Shown here: positions 58,742 through 64,000 of the stretch, piece after piece
Numbering within the stretch: the stretch's first letter is position 1
Layout of the letters: each line of letters starts with the position of its first letter
Source of the DNA: an uncultured Alphaproteobacteria bacterium
Lineage (GTDB): Bacteria; Pseudomonadota; Alphaproteobacteria; RF32; CAG-239
DNA: 64,000 nt
Reading direction: 5' to 3'
Assembly: GCA_944390915.1 (NCBI GenBank)
Contig: CALXRS010000003.1
Coordinates: 11,652 to 75,651, forward strand
The notes under the pieces: generated by a model
The model's database searches: none
Told to the model about the DNA's origin: nothing
Seen by the model: the letters and a program-made list of their open reading frames with translations, nothing else
Position numbers and translations under genes: made by a program

Positions 58742-59461
58742 TTAGTACAAATTCAGATTTTCGAGCAAATTAGCACGGTTTTCAGGGAATTTCAAGCCAT
58801 GTGCCTTAAAAAAATTTTTATTGAGGAAAAAACCGGTCATTTTCAGTAAATCCGCTATTTCTGTTTTATCCGGAAAATAGTTTTCGTCCACAATGAAGCG
58901 CGGATAACGATAGAGCCTCGCGGCATACGGAAGCCCGGACTCCCGACAGACGGCGCGACCGCTTTTCGGGGAAACATAAGCCAAGTCGTGGGTTGTTCCG
59001 GTATCCGCACAGGCGCTCAAATCGAGCCCGACACCCAGATATTCAAGCAGATAAAATTCAAAAAAGCAATAATAAGCGAGCCAGTTTTCTTTAAGTAAAA
59101 AGTTAAAAAAATCGTCTATTCTGTTGTAAAAATCTTCTAAATTTTCTTTTTGAGGCAAACAGGATATGCTCAGCGCGCAAAACGCCGACAAAGCGGCCAA
59201 CCGTTCGGGCGAGTTCATGAAATTGACGGCGTCGGCGGCCAGCAGTTCGCTGCGAAAACTGAGCATGTTTTCCTCTATCCGAGCATAGGCAAAAAAAGAA
59301 ATTTTATTCCCTGTCTGATAGACGGCCAGATTCTTTTTGCCGCCGCCTCCTTTTACGAACCCCGCCAACAATCCGTGATTTTTGCTGACAACGTCAACAA
59401 TCAGTGAGCTTTCGCCGTAACGCCGGGCGCCGACGATATATCCTTCGTCTTCAAACTGCAT
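58742..59461 (-). CDS. recO: DNA repair protein RecO
   Basis: 239 aa. N-terminal OB-fold 'GYIVGARRYGESSLIVDVVSKNHGLL'. C-terminal Cys-poor variant. Confidence 0.75.
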   Translation of the reverse strand: MQFEDEGYIVGARRYGESSLIVDVVSKNHGLLAGFVKGGGGKKNLAVYQTGNKISFFAYARIEENMLSFRSELLAADAVNFMNSPERLAALSAFCALSISCLPQKENLEDFYNRIDDFFNFLLKENWLAYYCFFEFYLLEYLGVGLDLSACADTGTTHDLAYVSPKSGRAVCRESGLPYAARLYRYPRFIVDENYFPDKTEIADLLKMTGFFLNKNFFKAHGLKFPENRANLLENLNLY

Positions 59462-59529
59462 TTTTTGCCCTCTGTTCTTTTATCAAAGCCCCCGGTCTGC
59501 TCCAACCGGGGGCTTTGGCATCTGCCGGA

Positions 59530-60372
59530 TCAGTAGTCGTGAATAATGCTTTTGTTGACCTTGTCAAAAGCCATCAATTCGGAAACAACCCGCGGCATAT
59601 CCTTCAAGGCAATGGAGTTTGGCCCGTCGGACAAAGCCTTGTCCGGATTTTCGTGCGTTTCGATAAACACGGCGGCCACGCCCACGGCTACCGCCGCCCG
59701 CGCCAGAACCGGCGCAAATTCGCGTTGTCCGCCGGAAGTTCCGCCGAGCCCGCCCGGCTGCTGCACCGAATGCGTGGCGTCAAAAATAATCGGGCAGCCG
59801 GTGTCTTTGGCCATCTGCGGAAAACCGCGCATGTCGGTTATCAGCGTGTTATAGCCGAAGCTGGTGCCGCGTTCGGTGATGCACACATTCGGGTTGCCGC
59901 TGTCCACGGCTTTCATAACCAGATTTTTCATATCCCAAGGCGCCAGAAACTGCCCTTTTTTGATATTGACGATTTTGCCGGTTTCGGCCGCCGCCACCAC
60001 CAGATCCGTCTGTCGGCACAAAAACGCCGGAATTTGCAGTATGTCGACATGTTCGGCGGCAATCGGGCATTGTTCTCTTTCATGCACATCGGTCAAAATC
60101 GGGCAGCCGTAAAGTTTTTTGATTTCGTCAAAGGTGCGCATGCCCTCCTCTATGCCCACGCCGCGCGGCGATTTGAGCGAGGTGCGGTTGGCTTTGTCAA
60201 AAGAGGCTTTGAAAATATAATTAATACCGAGATTTTTGGTAATTTCCACCATGGCGCCGGCAATGTCAACGGCATGTTGGCGGCTCTCTATCTGGCAGGG
60301 GCCGGCGATCAAGGCCAGCGGCAGACGGTTGCCGATTTCAAAATCACCGATTTTAATCGTTTTTTGATCCAT
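59530..60372 (-). CDS. kdsA: 2-dehydro-3-deoxyphosphooctonate aldolase (KDO-8-P synthase)
   Basis: 'LIAGPCQIES', 'IFKASFDKANRTS', 'DVHE', 'LQIPAFLCRQTDL', 'GCPIIFDATHSVQ'. RBS GGAGGA before ATG(MDQKT) at 60372. Confidence 0.95.
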   Translation of the reverse strand: MDQKTIKIGDFEIGNRLPLALIAGPCQIESRQHAVDIAGAMVEITKNLGINYIFKASFDKANRTSLKSPRGVGIEEGMRTFDEIKKLYGCPILTDVHEREQCPIAAEHVDILQIPAFLCRQTDLVVAAAETGKIVNIKKGQFLAPWDMKNLVMKAVDSGNPNVCITERGTSFGYNTLITDMRGFPQMAKDTGCPIIFDATHSVQQPGGLGGTSGGQREFAPVLARAAVAVGVAAVFIETHENPDKALSDGPNSIALKDMPRVVSELMAFDKVNKSIIHDY

Positions 60373-60400
60373 TGTTGTCCTCCTTACTGTTGGAAAAATC

Positions 60401-60946
60401 TTAAAATGTCCAGCGCAACCAGGCAAAAAGCACGTTGCCGTCGTTCTTGACGCCGGGGACGTAGGCCGCCTGCAAAGACAGCCGTTTGTAAGAAATGCCG
60501 GCAATCGGCAGCGGCAGCGGCACCGGCAGATACAGATATTCCTCCCGCTGGGTAACCCCGATGGTGTAGCCTATGCCTGCCCGCAGATCGCCGGAAGTTC
60601 CGAGTTCCCAGTTATACTGATAGGCATAACCGATCATCGTTTCCGGATGAAAATTCGAATCTTTGAAAACCATGGCATAAACGCCGTGCCATTCGTTTCC
60701 TTCCCAAAAACTGCGGCCGTAGCCGATGCCCCACGGTTCCTCGTTATATTTATCAATATGTTCGTCATCATAAAACAGACGGTTGTGCCAGGTGCGTATC
60801 GGCACATAAAGATCGTTGGCGCCGCAGTTTAAGGCATATTTGGAATTTTCCCACGCATCGGTGAAAAAATCTTTGACAACGCCCGCTTCGGCGGAAAAAG
60901 AAACCATCACGGCAAAAAATGTAATTAATATCTTTTTTTTCATCAT
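60401..60946 (-). CDS. pagP: lipid A palmitoyltransferase PagP
   Basis: Aligns along its length with E. coli PagP: 'NDLYVPIRTWHNRLFYDDEHIDKYNEEPWGIGYG' against '[34 protein letters not shown]', and a C-terminal 'DGNVLFAWLRWTF' against 'NGNVYFAWMRFQF'. The catalytic His in 'TWH' is present. Confidence 0.85.
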   Translation of the reverse strand: MMKKKILITFFAVMVSFSAEAGVVKDFFTDAWENSKYALNCGANDLYVPIRTWHNRLFYDDEHIDKYNEEPWGIGYGRSFWEGNEWHGVYAMVFKDSNFHPETMIGYAYQYNWELGTSGDLRAGIGYTIGVTQREEYLYLPVPLPLPIAGISYKRLSLQAAYVPGVKNDGNVLFAWLRWTF

Positions 60947-60987
60947 TCTTTCTTTACAAAAAAACGGTAGTCGGCACCGGTTGCCTT

Positions 60988-62652
60988 TTACAGCAGACGA
61001 CTGTTGTCGATAGCCGCTTTCACAAAAGCCACAAACAGCGGATGCGGCGCAAAAGGCCTGGATTTCAGCTCCGGATGAAACTGCACGCCGACAAACCACG
61101 GATGTTCGGGACGTTCGACAATTTCCGGCAGTTTTCCGTCCGGTGATTTACCGGTTATTAGCATACCTGCTTTGCAAAGTAAAGACTCATATTTGATATT
61201 CACTTCATATCTGTGACGATGACGTTCGCTGATTTCTCCGGCGCCGTAGATTTCCGCCGCTTTCGAATTTTTCGCCAGCACGCAGGGATAAGCCCCCAGA
61301 CGCATGGTGCCGCCCAAGTCGCCGTCCCGGTTGCGGATTTCCCTGGCGCCGTTCCTGTCCCATTCGGTCATCAGGCCGACAACCGCTTCGCAATCGGCAT
61401 CCAGTTCGCTGCTGCCGGCGTTTTTGATGCCGGCAACGTTGCGCATGGTTTCAATAACGGCCATCTGCATCCCGAAACATATCCCGAGAAAAGGAATATT
61501 GTTTTCCCGCGCGTAGCGGACGGCGGCAATTTTTCCCTTTGTGCCGCGCTGGCCGAACCCGCCGGGGACAAGAATACCGCCGACATCCGACAAATATTGC
61601 GCCGCGCCGTCTTTTTCCACGTCTTCGGCGTCAATCCATTTCACCTTCACTTTATAGCGGTTGGCAATACCGCCGTGGGTCAAGGCCTCGTCGATGGACT
61701 TGTAGGCTTCCTTCAGCTGATATTTGCCGACCACGGCTATACGTACCTCTCCTTCGGGATTTTCCACCACTTCTTCGATATGCCGCCACGGACTCAAATC
61801 CGCCGCCGGCGCCGCAAGCCCGAAATATTTGCACACTTCCGTATCCAGCCCCTCGGCCGAATATGCCGACGGCACATGATAAATCGATCGGGCGTCGAGC
61901 GCGGCAATCACACGCTCTTCGCGAACGTTGCAAAATTGCGCGATTTTGCGTTTTTCGTTCTGCGGAATGGCAATCTGCGACCGGCACAGCAGAATATCCG
62001 GCTGAATGCCGTATTCCTGCAACTGTTTTACCGAATGCTGGGTCGGTTTGGTTTTAAGCTCCCCGGCCGTCGGAATATAGGGCAAGAGCGTCAGATGCAC
62101 AAACATCGTTCGTTCGCGCCCGAGTTCATAAGCCAGCTGGCGGATGGTTTCCAGATACGGCTGTCCTTCGATATCGCCGACCGTGCCGCCGATTTCGCAC
62201 AAAACAAAATCTTCGTCGTTTAACCCCGAAAGAATAAAGTTTTTGATTTCTCCGGTAACATGGGGAATAACCTGAATGGTGGCGCCGAGATAATCGCCGT
62301 GACGTTCTTTGTCGAGCACGCGCTGATAAATTTTGCCCGAAGTCACGCTGTCGTTTTTGGTTGCCGGTATCCCCGTAAAGCGTTCATAATGCCCAAGGTC
62401 GAGATCGGCTTCCGTGCCGTCGTCGGTCACATAAACTTCGCCGTGCTGGCAGGGGTTCATGGTTCCGGGATCGACGTTTAAGTAAGGATCGAGCTTGCGC
62501 AGGCGCACCTTGAAGCCTCTGGCCTGCAGCAGCGCCGCCAGCGAGGCGGAGGCAAGCCCTTTGCCCAGCGAAGAAACCACGCCGCCGGTAATGAAAATAA
62601 ATTTTGTTTTGGGGTTTGCGGATTGGGTCGTTGTCTGTTCCGTCATGTTCAA
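60988..62652 (-). CDS. pyrG: CTP synthase
   Basis: '[16 protein letters not shown]', and a glutamine amidotransferase domain with 'GICFGMQ'. Confidence 0.97.
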   Translation of the reverse strand: MNMTEQTTTQSANPKTKFIFITGGVVSSLGKGLASASLAALLQARGFKVRLRKLDPYLNVDPGTMNPCQHGEVYVTDDGTEADLDLGHYERFTGIPATKNDSVTSGKIYQRVLDKERHGDYLGATIQVIPHVTGEIKNFILSGLNDEDFVLCEIGGTVGDIEGQPYLETIRQLAYELGRERTMFVHLTLLPYIPTAGELKTKPTQHSVKQLQEYGIQPDILLCRSQIAIPQNEKRKIAQFCNVREERVIAALDARSIYHVPSAYSAEGLDTEVCKYFGLAAPAADLSPWRHIEEVVENPEGEVRIAVVGKYQLKEAYKSIDEALTHGGIANRYKVKVKWIDAEDVEKDGAAQYLSDVGGILVPGGFGQRGTKGKIAAVRYARENNIPFLGICFGMQMAVIETMRNVAGIKNAGSSELDADCEAVVGLMTEWDRNGAREIRNRDGDLGGTMRLGAYPCVLAKNSKAAEIYGAGEISERHRHRYEVNIKYESLLCKAGMLITGKSPDGKLPEIVERPEHPWFVGVQFHPELKSRPFAPHPLFVAFVKAAIDNSRLL

Positions 62653-62687
62653 AAATTCCGTTTTTATTACTGTGTTTTAAAGCGACA

Positions 62688-62714
62688 GGGGCACCTTAAT
62701 CGCTAAGGTGCCCC
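62688..62714 (+). other. 11-bp perfect inverted repeat (ggggcacctta-atcgc-taaggtgcccc) followed by a T-rich run on the + strand, between secG and pyrG
   Basis: Read directly. Its orientation (T-tract on +) is opposite to the flanking minus-strand genes. Confidence 0.5.
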
Positions 62715-62737
62715 GTATTTTCGGTTTGTTTTTTCAT

Positions 62738-63103
62738 CTATTTCTCGGCAACCGGTGCACTGGGAACGGCTGCATCGACCGGCGCTTCGGCTTCCGCCGC
62801 CGGTGCGCTCGGAGCTTCATCGGTTGCGGCAACCGGGGCGTCAAGGATGGATTGCGCCGCCGTTTGGGTCGTGTGGTCGCGATAATAAAGTGAAAGCGAC
62901 AAACTGGTCAGAAAGAACAAAGTTGCCATAATCGCCGTCAGGCGGGTCAGCAGGTTGCCGGTGCCGCGGGCGGTCAGAAAATTGCCCGCGCCGGAGCCGC
63001 CGCCGAGCCCGTCAAGGGCGCCGCCGCCGGAACGCTGCAACAAAATAAGGGTAACCAGAAAAATGGCCACCAGCAGATGAATGACTAATAAAACCGTACT
63101 CAT
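62738..63103 (-). CDS. secG: preprotein translocase subunit SecG
   Basis: Two TM segments, 'LLQRSGGGALDGLGGGSG' Gly-rich loop, Ala/Pro-rich tail. Confidence 0.85.
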   Translation of the reverse strand: MSTVLLVIHLLVAIFLVTLILLQRSGGGALDGLGGGSGAGNFLTARGTGNLLTRLTAIMATLFFLTSLSLSLYYRDHTTQTAAQSILDAPVAATDEAPSAPAAEAEAPVDAAVPSAPVAEK

Positions 63104-63136
63104 TATTTTTTATATCCTTACAAAAACAAATTTATT

Positions 63137-63898
63137 TTAACAAACGGCGCGGGCGATATTCAGAAAATCTTCCGCTTTCAGGCTGGCACCGCCGATAAGG
63201 GCGCCGTCGACATCGGCAAGCGAGAGAAAATCTTTGGCGTTGCCGGGTTTGACCGAACCGCCGTAGAGAATGCGGATTTTGTCGGCAATGTCCTGACCGA
63301 GCTTTTGGGCAAGAGCGTTGCGGACGGCGGCGTGCACCTCTTCCACATCGGCGGGAGTCGGCGTTTTGCCGGTGCCGATGGCCCATACCGGTTCATAAGC
63401 CACCACCGTATTGTCGGCGTCGGCTTCGGCGGGAACGGACTCTTCAATCTGCGCCACGCAGACGTCGAGCGTTTTGCCGGCTTCGCGCTCAGCCAGAGTT
63501 TCACCGATGCAGATAACCGCTTTCAACCCGCTTTTATAAGCCGCGGCGGCTTTTTTAGCAACCAGAGCGCTGGTTTCGCCGTGGTCGGCGCGACGTTCGG
63601 AGTGACCGAGAATAACATAAGAGCAGCCGATATCTTTGAGCATCACCGGGCTGACATCGCCGGTGTGAGCGCCTTTTTCCGCAAAATGGGCGTCCTGCGC
63701 GCCGAGTGCGACACCGCTGCCTTTAAGCGCTTCGCCCACAATCGACAGCAGCGTGAACGGCGGGCAAACCAGAAAGTCGCATTTATCATTCAAACTTTCG
63801 CTCTTAACACCGGCGGCAACGGCGGCCGCCAATTCCGTCCCTTCGCGGACAAGGCCGTTCATTTTCCAGTTGCCGGCGATTAATTTTTTTCTCAACAT
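63137..63898 (-). CDS. tpiA: triosephosphate isomerase
   Basis: 'LIAGNWKMNG', 'ILGHSERR', 'VAYEPVWAIGTGKT'. RBS GAGGGA before ATG(MLRKK) at 63898. Confidence 0.95.
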   Translation of the reverse strand: MLRKKLIAGNWKMNGLVREGTELAAAVAAGVKSESLNDKCDFLVCPPFTLLSIVGEALKGSGVALGAQDAHFAEKGAHTGDVSPVMLKDIGCSYVILGHSERRADHGETSALVAKKAAAAYKSGLKAVICIGETLAEREAGKTLDVCVAQIEESVPAEADADNTVVAYEPVWAIGTGKTPTPADVEEVHAAVRNALAQKLGQDIADKIRILYGGSVKPGNAKDFLSLADVDGALIGGASLKAEDFLNIARAVC

Positions 63899-64000
63899 TT
63901 GCTTTTCCCTCAAAAACAGTTTTCACGTTGCCGCAAAATTAGCATAATAAAAAAAACTTTTCAACATTAATATTTTAACAATTGCATATATTGAGAAATC

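Overview
This 64 kb window looks like a core chromosomal segment of an alphaproteobacterium. The lineage call rests on a MipZ ortholog, an HdaA-type DnaA regulator next to a CckA-like hybrid kinase, and alpha-type rpsD and rpoD. GC content is about 55%, with islands of lower GC.

Most of the window is densely packed housekeeping genes: gyrA, parC, rpoD, dnaG, mfd, recG, recJ, recO, rpsD, pyrG, tpiA, secG, kdsA, trxB, greA, pgm, anmK, nhaA, and a yejEF ABC importer half-operon. Several envelope-remodelling loci sit among them:
- an EptA-family phosphoethanolamine transferase;
- PagP;
- a lower-GC glycosylation island between rpoD and recG, with a GtrA-like flippase, an ArnC/GtrB-like GT2, a second GT2 and two paralogous ArnT/PMT-like GT-C transferases;
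- a locus at the left edge pairing an archaeal-type sn-glycerol-1-phosphate dehydrogenase with an MtnX-like phosphatase and a CgeB-like glycosyltransferase.

Two non-coding oddities stand out. One is a roughly 290 bp tandem repeat array full of palindromes, preceded by a polypyrimidine tract (17.8–18.7 kb). The other is a 0.94 kb AT-rich ORF-less island between the convergent yejF and parC genes.

I found no transposase, integrase, CRISPR array, restriction system or toxin-antitoxin pair, and no rRNA or tRNA genes. No canonical defence or mobile system is evident. The most plausible candidates for an undescribed system are the glycosylation island, the G1P-dehydrogenase locus and the repeat array.

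All family assignments come from reading the translated ORFs and recalling conserved motifs. None has been checked against a database.
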